From the NCBI GenBank assembly GCA_964642165.1, contig CAZXOC010000007.1, positions 2,776-56,963 on the forward strand: 54,188 nucleotides of DNA, given 5' to 3'. This DNA is from an uncultured Planctomycetaceae bacterium (GTDB taxonomy: Bacteria > Planctomycetota > Phycisphaerae > SM23-33). The notes beneath the pieces were generated by a model. That model ran no database searches. It worked only from the letters and a program-made list of their open reading frames with translations, and was not told the origin of the DNA. The position numbers were made by a program, and so were the translations under genes. Below, one piece after another: positions 8,292 through 17,591 of the stretch (position 1 is the stretch's first letter; every line of letters starts with the position of its first letter).

Positions 8292-9599
8292 CTAGCCGGG
8301 CTTGACGGTCGCCCGGGCCCGGCCGGGGCGGTCCAGGCGGAAGGGGCCCTTCTTCCCGCCCGCTTCGAGGACGTAGTCGCCCAGGAAGCCGCGGAAGGTC
8401 GCCCGGCCCGCCGCGTCGGTGGTGAGCGTCCGCTCGCGGGTCCACCACGTGCCCTTGATGAGCTTGCGGAGGCGCTCGTAGGCGGGCTTGGGGGACATGT
8501 CCTTGCGCACGAGCCCCGCCGGGGCGCCCAGCCAGGCCTGGTGGTCGGAGAGGCACCACCACGTGACCGCCTCGACGGCCGGGTGACTGAACAGCACGGT
8601 GTAGAACTCCCCGACCTGCTCGGCCTGGCGCTTCTCGCCGGCGGGGGTGGTGGGCCAGTCGTCGTACCGCGGGCCGTGCCAGCGGATGGACTTCTTCCTC
8701 TCCCCGCTGATGATCGTTGTCTCGGTGAAGTGCAGGGGCTTGCCGAACTTGGCGAAGCGCTCGCACGTCTCCCAGGCCCAGGCGGCCCCGCGGTAGCCGC
8801 CGTGCATGTGCGACTGGATGCCGATCACGTCGATCTTCACGCCGGCCTTCAGGCACTCCTCGATGAGCCGGGCGTACTTCGGCGACGTGTCGAAGTCGTT
8901 CAGCAGAAGCGTGGCCTGGGGGTTGGCCTTGGCGGCCGCGGCGAACGTCTGCTCGATCAGCTCGGCGCGCCCGAGCTTCTTGCACAGCTTGACGATGGGG
9001 TTGTTCGGCTCGCGGAAGTCGGGCATGACGACGGCCTCGTTGACCACGTCCCACGTGTCGATGAGGCCGGCGAAGCCCTTGACCTCGCGCGTGATGCGGT
9101 GGAGCTGGAGGCGCTGCACCTCGTCGAGCGGCTTGTCGAGCGCCCAGCGAGGCGGCACGGTGTGCCAGCAGAGGGGATGGCCCTTCGTTCGGATGTGGTT
9201 CCGGCGGCACCATTCGGCGATGCCGCGGACCTTCCTCGCCTGCGTGCGCCCGGGCGCCCGCTCGTACGCGCCCCAGTAGAACGGCAGCGTCGCGAAGTTC
9301 AGCAGCTCCGCGTAGCGCGCCTGGTAGTCGCGCTGGAGCGGCGAGGCGTCCGCCGTGTCGATCCGGAACGCGTTGCAGCCGAACAGGAACTTGTGCCGCA
9401 CCTGGCGGACGGTGACCTCGGCGTTGGCCAGCGGCCGGCCGCGCGCGTCGGTGACCGTCAGCGTGACCTCCGCCGTGCGGTGCTCGCGGATCCGCGCGGC
9501 GATCTTCCGGGGCGTGAGCTCCATCCTGGCGTCTCCAAAGGCCTGGGCCGGCATGAGGACAGCACACGTGACGCAGAATGCTCTGAGCGGTCTGGACAT
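8292..9599 (-). CDS. GH10-family endo-1,4-beta-xylanase-like glycoside hydrolase, secreted
   Basis: KGHPLCWH, WDVVNEA (acid/base Glu), IGIQSHMH, LHFTE (nucleophile), PKPAY; signal peptide from MSRPLRAF. Confidence 0.9.
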   Translation of the reverse strand: MSRPLRAFCVTCAVLMPAQAFGDARMELTPRKIAARIREHRTAEVTLTVTDARGRPLANAEVTVRQVRHKFLFGCNAFRIDTADASPLQRDYQARYAELLNFATLPFYWGAYERAPGRTQARKVRGIAEWCRRNHIRTKGHPLCWHTVPPRWALDKPLDEVQRLQLHRITREVKGFAGLIDTWDVVNEAVVMPDFREPNNPIVKLCKKLGRAELIEQTFAAAAKANPQATLLLNDFDTSPKYARLIEECLKAGVKIDVIGIQSHMHGGYRGAAWAWETCERFAKFGKPLHFTETTIISGERKKSIRWHGPRYDDWPTTPAGEKRQAEQVGEFYTVLFSHPAVEAVTWWCLSDHQAWLGAPAGLVRKDMSPKPAYERLRKLIKGTWWTRERTLTTDAAGRATFRGFLGDYVLEAGGKKGPFRLDRPGRARATVKPG

Positions 9600-9678
9600 G
9601 CTTGCATCTCCGGAGGAGAGTCGGCGGTCTCCCATGGACGGAGCTCCCCCCCCGGGCCGCCGCCCGGGGGCGTTCGGG

Positions 9679-11979
9679 TCAGTTGCGGGGCGAACGGTCG
9701 TCCTTTCGCACGCCGATCGCGCCCGCGGGAACGGTCATCTTCGTTCCGTCGGAGAACGTCACGGTACTCGCCTTCGCGCCCGGATTCCAGGCGACGTAGC
9801 TGCGCGCGGCGCCCTTTCGGAAGACGGCATAGGTGCCCGCATCCGCCGTGACGGCCGTGTCGACGCGCCCGAGGGACTTCAGCGCGGTGAGCCACAGGTA
9901 CGTGTTGGCGCGGGAGCCGCCGCTGGTGGCGCGCTCGCGGGCGTGCCGGTCGAACTTGGCGGCCGCGGCGTCCGCGTCGGCCAGCGCCTCGAACGACCAG
10001 ACCAGGTCGCGCCACTGCTGCTCCGGGCCGCCGTTCGTGGCGACGAGGTCGCGGTAGTTCCTCCGGACGTAGTCCGCCCGCCGGCCGAGGTAGAGCGACC
10101 CGCCGGTGATCGGGAGGTAGTTGATGCCGTGGATCTCCTCGGGGTTGGCGGTCCACCACGTGGCGTAGGCCCCGCCGTTGCTCCAGAGGATGCCCAGGCA
10201 CGAATGGCGGAAGCCCTTCGGGAAGACGGCCTGGTCGACGTCGAACCAGTACTGCTGGACGGCCCGCGTCTCGTGGGCGTAGAGGAAGATGCCGAGGTCG
10301 CGGACGGCCGTGTCGCCCGTCGCCGCGCCCCAGAGGATCAGCCCCGTCGCGAAGTTGAGGCTCTCGGAGGACGATTCCTGGTTGTTTCCGGCGGCGAAGG
10401 CGGCGTGGCCGCTGGCCCAGGCGTGCCCGGCGTAGGGGTCGAAGCATCGCAGGAAGCAGAAGCGCTTGTCGCGGCGGTCCGCGTTGGCGGCGTCGCGGAT
10501 GAGCAGCTTAACCATGCCGCCCCAGTTTTCCGGCGACGCCCAGGCGGGGTCGAAGCGTGCGACGGCCGCCGCCGCCTGGATGAAATAGCCGTAGTGGAAG
10601 TGGTGGTCGTTGAGCTGGTCGTCGCTGCCGTAGCTGGCGGGCGAGCCGATCAGCGTGCCCCACGTGCGGTCGTAGTGGAACAGCTTGGCCCGCTTGCCGT
10701 CGGGGGCGCCGAACCAGTCCTCCAGCTCGCCCTTGATGCGGCGCAGGAAACGCCCCCGGGCGTCGGGCAGGCGGGCCTGGTCGGCGGCGTGAGCCAGCAT
10801 CGCCAGGCGCCCGAGCGCCTTGCCCGTCCAGTAGGTGTCCCTGGCGCCGATGGGCTTGTCGGCCGCCGCCGCGGCGCCCACGTGGGCGCGCAGGGGCGCC
10901 CCGTCCGCCGCGCCCGGCAGCGGCAGGCCCGGCAGCACGCCGTGGAAGGTCATCTCCGTGGTGAACGCCGAGCCGATCCGCAGCTTCATCCGCCCGCGCG
11001 ACGAGTGGTACGCGTGCGGCGTGAGCTTGGCCGGCGTGTGGAGCCACTGGTGGCGGTACAGCGCCGTCAGCGGGCGCGTCTCGGCGCCCTGCCGCGGGCG
11101 GGTCACCAGCTCGAAGCGCGTGGTGAGCTTCGCGGCGGCGGGGTCGTACCGCCAGGTCACGCGGCTGTCGGTCACGAACGCGAAGGCGTGGCGGCGGAAG
11201 AGATCGAGCGTGCCCGGCCTGTCATCCGGGAGCAGCGCCACGGCGAAGAAGCCCTTGCCCCCCAGCGCCGACCGGAGCGTGCCCGTGCCCTGCCAGCTCG
11301 CCCCGTCGGGCGCGAACAGGCCGTAGTGGTGCCCGTTGACCGTGACGCCCGCGACGGCCCCGCGACGGTGCCAGACCTTCGCCCGCCCCCGCGGGGTCAC
11401 GACGGCGTCGCCGCCGGCGGCGTCGCAGTACACGTAGGGCAGCCCGTGGCCGAACGTGGCCGTCAGGCGGCGCGCGCCGTCGGCCCACACCGCCGTCACC
11501 GTCCAGTCGCCGAAGCCGTCCACGCGGACCTCGCGCGCGGCCAGGCCCGACACGCCCAGCGCCAGGTCCTCGGCGTAGTGGTAGTGGTAGCTGCGCCCCT
11601 TGGGGTCGATGGCCGCGCGGGTCGGGTAGCTGACGCCGAGGCCCTCGCGCGTCGCGCGGAACGCCAGCGGGTGGGCGTAGAGGTTCTCGGAGTACGGCCG
11701 CTCCGGGCGGCGCTTCCAGAGAAGCGACGTCCACCAGTCGGTGGTCGGCACGGGGCCGCGGAGGCGCTTCGTGACGTACGGCACGGCGGCGCTTCGCCCG
11801 GCCGAGGGCACCTTGCCGCCCGCGGGGGGCCGCGTGTTGTAGCTGCCCCGGCCGACGCGGACCTCCTCGGCGCCGGCGGGGACCCCCGCGGCCCAGAGCG
11901 CCCCGGCGAGGCACGTCGCGGCCAGAACGGTCCACCCGCCGCCCGCCGCGCCGGATCGATGACCTGTCTGCTGTCTCAT
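9679..11979 (-). CDS. GH81 endo-1,3-beta-glucanase, secreted
   Basis: PTTDWWTSL, LNDHHFHYGYF, FDPYAGHAWASG, GNNQESSSE and EEIHGINYLP motifs; start MRQQTGHRSG followed by a signal peptide. Confidence 0.9.
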   Translation of the reverse strand: MRQQTGHRSGAAGGGWTVLAATCLAGALWAAGVPAGAEEVRVGRGSYNTRPPAGGKVPSAGRSAAVPYVTKRLRGPVPTTDWWTSLLWKRRPERPYSENLYAHPLAFRATREGLGVSYPTRAAIDPKGRSYHYHYAEDLALGVSGLAAREVRVDGFGDWTVTAVWADGARRLTATFGHGLPYVYCDAAGGDAVVTPRGRAKVWHRRGAVAGVTVNGHHYGLFAPDGASWQGTGTLRSALGGKGFFAVALLPDDRPGTLDLFRRHAFAFVTDSRVTWRYDPAAAKLTTRFELVTRPRQGAETRPLTALYRHQWLHTPAKLTPHAYHSSRGRMKLRIGSAFTTEMTFHGVLPGLPLPGAADGAPLRAHVGAAAAADKPIGARDTYWTGKALGRLAMLAHAADQARLPDARGRFLRRIKGELEDWFGAPDGKRAKLFHYDRTWGTLIGSPASYGSDDQLNDHHFHYGYFIQAAAAVARFDPAWASPENWGGMVKLLIRDAANADRRDKRFCFLRCFDPYAGHAWASGHAAFAAGNNQESSSESLNFATGLILWGAATGDTAVRDLGIFLYAHETRAVQQYWFDVDQAVFPKGFRHSCLGILWSNGGAYATWWTANPEEIHGINYLPITGGSLYLGRRADYVRRNYRDLVATNGGPEQQWRDLVWSFEALADADAAAAKFDRHARERATSGGSRANTYLWLTALKSLGRVDTAVTADAGTYAVFRKGAARSYVAWNPGAKASTVTFSDGTKMTVPAGAIGVRKDDRSPRN

Positions 11980-12130
11980 CCTCTCGCTCCATCCCTCGAC
12001 GACCGGTCCACCTTCTACAACCAGCCGGCGCCGAACGGGGCACGAAGAAAGCCGGCCGCCGACCCTGCGCGGGCGCCCGGATTGATGTAAAATGCCAGGC
12101 AGGCCCACTGTTCGGCGAAAGGGGCAGACC

Positions 12131-13207
12131 ATGCGAAGAGCCTGGACGATATCGGTGTCCACGGGGTTGGCCCTGCTGGCGGCCGGGGCGGCGGGCTGCA
12201 GCGCGACGCTGCCCGTGCAGCAGTACCCGCCGTTCTACGATCCGGAGCTCAAGACGGTCGCCGTGCTGGCCTTCGCCAACAAGACGCTTCACCCGAAGGC
12301 GGGCGAGCACCTCTCGGGGCGGCTGGCGGAGGCGCTGAGGGACAACGGCACGTACGAGGTCGTCGACCCCGAGGCGCTGAAGACGAAGCTGCTCGAGGCC
12401 GACCTGACGCCGGCGCCCGGCGCGGACGCCGAGGCGGTCGCCGCGGCCCTGAGGAAGCTCGGCGGCATCGACGCGTTCCTGATCGGCGAGGTGACGGGCT
12501 TCGCCGCCGAGCGCGGCAGCTACGCGGAGGTCTGGGAGGACCCGTGGTACGGCCCCGGCTACGGCGGGAGCGGCCGCTGGGGATGGGGCTGGGGCTACAG
12601 GCGCTGGCACCCCTACTGGGGGTACGGCTTGAGCGGCCACTACCCCGTCTACCGGCGCTACAGCCACACGAACGCCTACGTCGCGGCGCGGGCGGCGCTG
12701 GTCCGCACCGCCGACGGCAGCACCATCCACGCCACGCCGGTGCCCCTCGCAGCGCACCTGCGGAGCGTCGACGAGCCGCCCAGGATGAGGGACGAGCTGC
12801 TCATGGACGCCGCCGCCGCGGTGGCCGACGGCCTCGTCGGGACCTTCGCCATCGTCCCCAAGCGGCTGAAGGTCTCCAAGGGCAAGACGCTCCGGACGGC
12901 CCGCAAGCGCCCCGACGGCGAACTGAAGTTCACCGACGACTTCCGCGCCGGCGAGCCGGAGCTCGTCGTCGTCCTGCGACTGCCCCCCGCCGCCGCGCGC
13001 AATTCCTTCCGGATCGTCCTGGCCCGCAAGAAGGACCCCCAGCCCGTCGCCGAGGAGACCGTGGTCTGGTCGGCGGACGACGAGGCGCTGGAGCTGGCCT
13101 TCTCGCTGCCGGCGCTGGTGGAGGCGGCCGGCACGGGCGACTTCGAGGCGCGGCTCTACGCCGGCGAGACGCTCGTCCTGAAGCGCGGCTTCGAGATCGA
13201 CAAGTAG
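12131..13207 (+). CDS. Lipoprotein, CsgG/DUF799-like alpha-beta fold with a Gly/Tyr/Trp-rich insert
   Basis: Lipobox LAAGAAG-C; TVAVLAFAN...LAEAL...YEVVD...LGGIDAFLIGEV pattern; aromatic low-complexity loop. Confidence 0.7.
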   Translation: MRRAWTISVSTGLALLAAGAAGCSATLPVQQYPPFYDPELKTVAVLAFANKTLHPKAGEHLSGRLAEALRDNGTYEVVDPEALKTKLLEADLTPAPGADAEAVAAALRKLGGIDAFLIGEVTGFAAERGSYAEVWEDPWYGPGYGGSGRWGWGWGYRRWHPYWGYGLSGHYPVYRRYSHTNAYVAARAALVRTADGSTIHATPVPLAAHLRSVDEPPRMRDELLMDAAAAVADGLVGTFAIVPKRLKVSKGKTLRTARKRPDGELKFTDDFRAGEPELVVVLRLPPAAARNSFRIVLARKKDPQPVAEETVVWSADDEALELAFSLPALVEAAGTGDFEARLYAGETLVLKRGFEIDK

Positions 13208-13261
13208 CCCGCCCGGGGGGGCTCCATGGGGGCCGCGCCTTCGCTCCCCCGCGACAGCGCC

Positions 13262-13291
13262 TTGACGGGCGCCGCCGGCCGGGCCGACAAT
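13262..13291 (+). promoter_or_regulatory. Sigma70-like promoter for the 13331-23119 gene run
   Basis: TTGACG-18 nt-GACAAT, followed by a GAAAGGA RBS before ATG 13331. Confidence 0.6.
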
Positions 13292-13330
13292 GCCGGCGCC
13301 CCTGTCCCAACTGGAAAGGACGGTCTCGCG

Positions 13331-14764
13331 ATGAGCGACGAGATGGAAGCCCTCTACGCCCGGCGGCTCGCCCGGTACGTCACGGCCATGCGCAACGAGA
13401 AGCCCGACCGCATCCCCCTCCGCCCGTTCGTGGCCGAGTTCACCGCCACGTACGCCGGCTACACCTGCCAGGAGGTCGCGCACGACTACAACAAGGCGTT
13501 CGACGCGGCGCGGAAGTGCGCGGCCGACTTCGACTGGGACGCCGTCGTCGGCAACATGGTCTACGTCTGGACGGGGCTGACGCAGGCGATCGGGCTGACC
13601 TACTACGGCGTGCCCGGCATCGACATCGAGCCGGACGTGGGCTTCCAGTACCGCGAGCCGCCGGAAGAGAAGGCCTTCATGCAGCCGGAGGAGTACGACG
13701 ACCTCATCGCCGACCCGGTGCGGTACCTGTACGACACGTGGCTGCCGCGCGTCTCGGCGGACGTGGTGCCGACCGGCGAGCCGGCGACCTACCGCAGCAA
13801 CCTGTCCTTCGTGAAGGGCGGGATGGCGATGATGCAGTACTTCACCGCCTTCGGCCCGCAGGGCGAGGCGCTGCGGCGGGAGAGCGGGACGGTCGGCGCG
13901 ATCGCCGGCATCCTCAAGGCGCCGATGGACATCCTCGCCGACAAGCTGCGGGGGTACCTGGGGCTCTGCATGGACCTGATCGAGCGCCCGGGGAAGGTCC
14001 AGGCCGCCTGCGAGGCCCTCGCGCCGCACCTGCTGCACGTGGCGCTGTCGGGCGCCGACCCCGACGGCAACGTGCCCGTCGCCATCTGGATGCACCGCGG
14101 ATGCGTGCCGTTCATCTCGCACAAGCACTTCGACGAGATCTACTGGCCGACGCTCAAGCCGATCATCGAGAACCTCTGGGCGGCCGGGCACCAGACGCTC
14201 TTCTACGCCGAGGGCAACTGGAACGCCCACCTCGACGCCTTCGCCGAGCTGCCCGCCGGCAGCATCATCTACCACGTGGACATGGACGACATCTTCGACG
14301 TCCACAAGCGCATCGGGCACAAGTTCGCCCTCAGCGGCGGCATCCCCAACTTCCTGCTGGGCTACCGCCCCGCGCAAGAGGTCAAGGACTACTGCAAGAA
14401 GGTGATCGACGGCGTGGCCGCCGACGGGGGGTACATCTGCGACGCCTCGGCCATCGTCCAGGACGTCGCCAGGATCGAGAACATGCGGGCCATGACCGAC
14501 TTCGTCCGCGAGTACGGCGTCTACGGCAGCGACCACCTGCCCGGGGAGCCCGCGCCCAAGCCGGCCGACGAGGAGACGAAGTCCAAGGGCGAGCACTACG
14601 AGCTGAAGGACCTGCCCGTGCGGCCCGGCGTGTGCATCCCCTGGGCCGATAAGCTCAAGGAGCTGCCCGAGATCCCCGGCGACGCCGCCCTCGTCCAGCG
14701 CGTCTGGGAGGACGTCGACGCCCTGGCCTACGTCTACATCTGGCACTGCCTGCTGTCGTTCTGA
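13331..14764 (+). CDS. Uroporphyrinogen decarboxylase-superfamily protein (URO-D/MtaA-CmuA methyltransferase-like)
   Basis: EKPDRIP start, DLIERPGKV, MHRGCVPF...FDEIYWPTLK, FYAEGNW, LSGGIP and GGYICDA...ENMRAM; 477 aa. Confidence 0.85.
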   Translation: MSDEMEALYARRLARYVTAMRNEKPDRIPLRPFVAEFTATYAGYTCQEVAHDYNKAFDAARKCAADFDWDAVVGNMVYVWTGLTQAIGLTYYGVPGIDIEPDVGFQYREPPEEKAFMQPEEYDDLIADPVRYLYDTWLPRVSADVVPTGEPATYRSNLSFVKGGMAMMQYFTAFGPQGEALRRESGTVGAIAGILKAPMDILADKLRGYLGLCMDLIERPGKVQAACEALAPHLLHVALSGADPDGNVPVAIWMHRGCVPFISHKHFDEIYWPTLKPIIENLWAAGHQTLFYAEGNWNAHLDAFAELPAGSIIYHVDMDDIFDVHKRIGHKFALSGGIPNFLLGYRPAQEVKDYCKKVIDGVAADGGYICDASAIVQDVARIENMRAMTDFVREYGVYGSDHLPGEPAPKPADEETKSKGEHYELKDLPVRPGVCIPWADKLKELPEIPGDAALVQRVWEDVDALAYVYIWHCLLSF

Positions 14765-14774
14765 GGGGCCCGCC

Positions 14775-15716
14775 ATGAGGCCGCACAGGATCACGCGCCG
14801 CGCGTTCTGCCGACGCGCCGGCAGCGGCGTCGCCGCGGCGGCCCTCGGCGGCGCGGCGGGGGCCGACGAACGCAAGCCCTTCCGCCTGCGCTACGTCCTC
14901 GCCTCCAGCCTGTACGGGCGCATGACGCTCGAGACGATCCTGCCCGAGGTCCGCAAGACCGGCGCCGAGCACGTCGACATCTGGCCGGAGCGCCACGCCA
15001 ACCAGCGCGAGCAGATCGAGGCGATGGGCCACGATGCCTTCGCCGCACTGCTCCGCCGGCACGGGGTCAAGCTGGGCATCCTGACGCACTACGACTTGGG
15101 GCCGTTCCGCCTTCGGGAGGAGATGCGGGTCGCCGGGAAACTCGGCGGGGCGATGATCGTCTGCGGCGCCGCCGGGCCGAAGGGGCTCAAGGGCGACGCG
15201 CTCAAGGCGGCCGTGCGGCAGTTCGCCGAGAAGCTCCGCCCGCACGTCGACGCCGCCGAGGAGGCCGGCGTCACCCTCGCCATCGAGAACCACGCCAACA
15301 GCCTGATCGAGTCGCCGGAGTCCCTTCGCCGCTTCGCCGAGACCGCCCGGTCGAAACGCCTCGGCGTCGCGCTGGCCCCCTACCACCTCGAGCAGGACCC
15401 GGCGATGATCGCCAGGCTGATCGCCGACCTCGGCGAGAAGCTCGTGCACTTCTACGCCTGGCAGCACGGCATGGGCTGCCACAAGAAGCTGCCCAAGGCG
15501 CAGGAGCTGCTCCAGCTTCCCGGCCGCGGAACGCTCGACTTCACGCCGATCCTGAACGCGCTGCGGAAGATCCGCTACACGGGCTGGACCGAGGTGTTCA
15601 TGCACCCGGTGCCGCGCGGCGTCCCGATCCTGCCGACCGCCGGCGAGGTCACCGCCGAGGTCGTCCGGGCGCGGAGGTGCCTCGAGTCGCTGCTTGCCAA
15701 GGAGCCGGGCGCATGA
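14775..15716 (+). CDS. Tat-exported xylose-isomerase-like TIM barrel protein (sugar phosphate isomerase/epimerase family)
   Basis: TRRAFC Tat motif; LAIENH, LAPYH, HFYAWQHG, PGRGTLDF, YTGWTEVFMH. Confidence 0.85.
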   Translation: MRPHRITRRAFCRRAGSGVAAAALGGAAGADERKPFRLRYVLASSLYGRMTLETILPEVRKTGAEHVDIWPERHANQREQIEAMGHDAFAALLRRHGVKLGILTHYDLGPFRLREEMRVAGKLGGAMIVCGAAGPKGLKGDALKAAVRQFAEKLRPHVDAAEEAGVTLAIENHANSLIESPESLRRFAETARSKRLGVALAPYHLEQDPAMIARLIADLGEKLVHFYAWQHGMGCHKKLPKAQELLQLPGRGTLDFTPILNALRKIRYTGWTEVFMHPVPRGVPILPTAGEVTAEVVRARRCLESLLAKEPGA

Positions 15717-16282
15717 ACGAGAAGGTGCTGATCGTCGTCGGGGACGCATCGGAGACGATGGACACGATGTATCCGATCTACCGGCTGGTCGAGGCGGGCT
15801 TCCAGCCGGTCGTCGCCGCGCCGGAGAAGCGCCGCTACCAGATGGTCATGCACGAGGTGAAGCCCGGGTGGACCATCACGAAGGAGTGGGAGGGCTACAC
15901 GATCGAGGCCGACGTCGCCTTCGCCGACGTGGACCCGCAGGAGTACCTGGGCATCTTCTTCTCCGGCGGGCGCGCCCCCGAGTACATCCGCTACGACGAG
16001 GACCTGATGCGGATCACGCGGCACTTCTTCGAGGCGAACAAGCCCGTCGCCTGCGTCTGCCACGGCGTGGAGATCCCCGCCCGCGCCGGCTGCGTCCAGG
16101 GACGCAGGATGGCCACCGTCGCGAAGTGCCGCTTCGACCTGGAGGTCTGCGGCGGGACGTTCGTCGACGAGCCCTGCGTGGTGGACGGCAACCTCGTCAG
16201 CGGCAGGACCTACCACGACCACGGCCACTACATGGGGGCGTGGATCAAGCTGCTCGAGGAGGCCCGCGAAGCGGCCGGGTGA
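15713..16282 (+). CDS. DJ-1/PfpI family protein (glyoxalase III/deglycase-like)
   Basis: SGGRAPEYIR, PVACVCHG (catalytic Cys-His), VVDGNLVSGR; ATGA overlap with the upstream stop. Confidence 0.92.
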   Translation: MNEKVLIVVGDASETMDTMYPIYRLVEAGFQPVVAAPEKRRYQMVMHEVKPGWTITKEWEGYTIEADVAFADVDPQEYLGIFFSGGRAPEYIRYDEDLMRITRHFFEANKPVACVCHGVEIPARAGCVQGRRMATVAKCRFDLEVCGGTFVDEPCVVDGNLVSGRTYHDHGHYMGAWIKLLEEAREAAG

Positions 16283-16285
16283 GCC

Positions 16286-17590
16286 ATGAAACGCAAGGCC
16301 AGTCGCCTGTCACGACGGGGGTTTCTGCGGCGTGCGGCCGCCGGCGCGGCGGCGCCGTTCGTCGTGCGCGCCTCGGCGCTGGGCGGCGGCGGGTCGCCCC
16401 CGGCGGGCGATCGCATCGCGCTGGGCATGATCGGCCTGGGCAGCATGGGCCTGCGGCACGTCCACGGCTTCCTGCCCGAGGAGAGCTGCCGGATCGTCGC
16501 CGTCTGCGACGTCGACGCCGCCCGGCGGAAGGCGGCCCTGGCGGCCATTCACAAGCACTACGGCACGGCCGACTGCGCCGAGCACAACGATTTCCGCGAG
16601 CTGCTCGCCCGGCGCGACCTCGACGCCGTCGTCATCGCCGTGCCGGACCACTGGCACTCGGTGATCGCCATCGACGCCGCCCGCGCCGGCAAGGACATCT
16701 ACGGCGAGAAGCCCCTCGCGCCGACCGTCGCCGAGGGGCGGCGGATGATCGACGTCGTCCGCCGGTGCGGCGTCGTCTGGCAGACGGGAAGCTGGCAGCG
16801 CTCGACCACGCGATTCCGCATGGCCTGCGAGCTGGTCCGCAACGGGCGCGTCGGCACGCTGCGGCGCGTCGAGGTCGGCATCGGCCTCGGGTACGAGATC
16901 GAACCTCAGCCCGTCATGGCCGTCCCCGACGGGTTCGACTACGAGATGTGGCTCGGCCCGGCCCCGTGGGCGCCCTACACCGAGAAGCGATGCCACTGGA
17001 ACTTCCGCTGGATCAGCGACTACTCCGGCGGGCAGGTCACCGACTGGGGCGCCCACCACATCGACATCGCCCAGTGGGGCATGGGCACCGACGACACGGG
17101 GCCCGTCACCGTGGCCGGCGAGGGCCGGTACCCCGCCGACGGCCTGTACGACACGGCCGTCACGTACCGCTTCCGCTGCGAGTACGCCGGCGGCATCGTG
17201 CTCGACGTGGCCAGCAGCAACCACCTGCCCCAGGGCGTGCGGTTCCTCGGCGACGACGGCTGGGTGCACGTGACGCGAGGCACGCTCGACGCCGAGCCCA
17301 AGAGCGTCCTGAAGGAGAGGATCCGCCCCGGCGAGATCCACCTGCCCCGCCCGCCCGGCGACCACCGCCAGGGCCACCGCGCCGACTTCCTCCACTGCGT
17401 CCGCACGCGCGCCGAGCCCATCACCCCCATCGAGGTCGCCCAGCGATCCGTCACCGTGGCCCACCTGGGCAACATCGCCATGCTCCTCGGCCGCAAGATC
17501 CGCTGGGACCCCGCCGCCGAGCGCTGCCTCGACGACCACGAAGCCAACCGCATGCTCTCCCGCACCCCGCGCGAGCCCTGGAGGACCTGA
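16286..17590 (+). CDS. Tat-exported Gfo/Idh/MocA oxidoreductase
   Basis: SRRGFL Tat motif; GMIGLGSMG, PDHWH, GEKP, QTGSWQRS, WLGPAP, DWGAHHID. Confidence 0.93.
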   Translation: MKRKASRLSRRGFLRRAAAGAAAPFVVRASALGGGGSPPAGDRIALGMIGLGSMGLRHVHGFLPEESCRIVAVCDVDAARRKAALAAIHKHYGTADCAEHNDFRELLARRDLDAVVIAVPDHWHSVIAIDAARAGKDIYGEKPLAPTVAEGRRMIDVVRRCGVVWQTGSWQRSTTRFRMACELVRNGRVGTLRRVEVGIGLGYEIEPQPVMAVPDGFDYEMWLGPAPWAPYTEKRCHWNFRWISDYSGGQVTDWGAHHIDIAQWGMGTDDTGPVTVAGEGRYPADGLYDTAVTYRFRCEYAGGIVLDVASSNHLPQGVRFLGDDGWVHVTRGTLDAEPKSVLKERIRPGEIHLPRPPGDHRQGHRADFLHCVRTRAEPITPIEVAQRSVTVAHLGNIAMLLGRKIRWDPAAERCLDDHEANRMLSRTPREPWRT

Positions 17591-17591
17591 C

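Noticed and set aside
9631-9670. GC-rich hairpin similar to 13208-13235 (CCCGGGGGGG...CTCC...CATGGG) as a REP family
   Set aside because: The similarity is short and low-complexity, which is plausible by chance at this GC content.
13331-14764. hemE assignment
   Set aside because: Lacks the HemE PxWxMRQAGR signature, is longer, and has no heme-pathway context.
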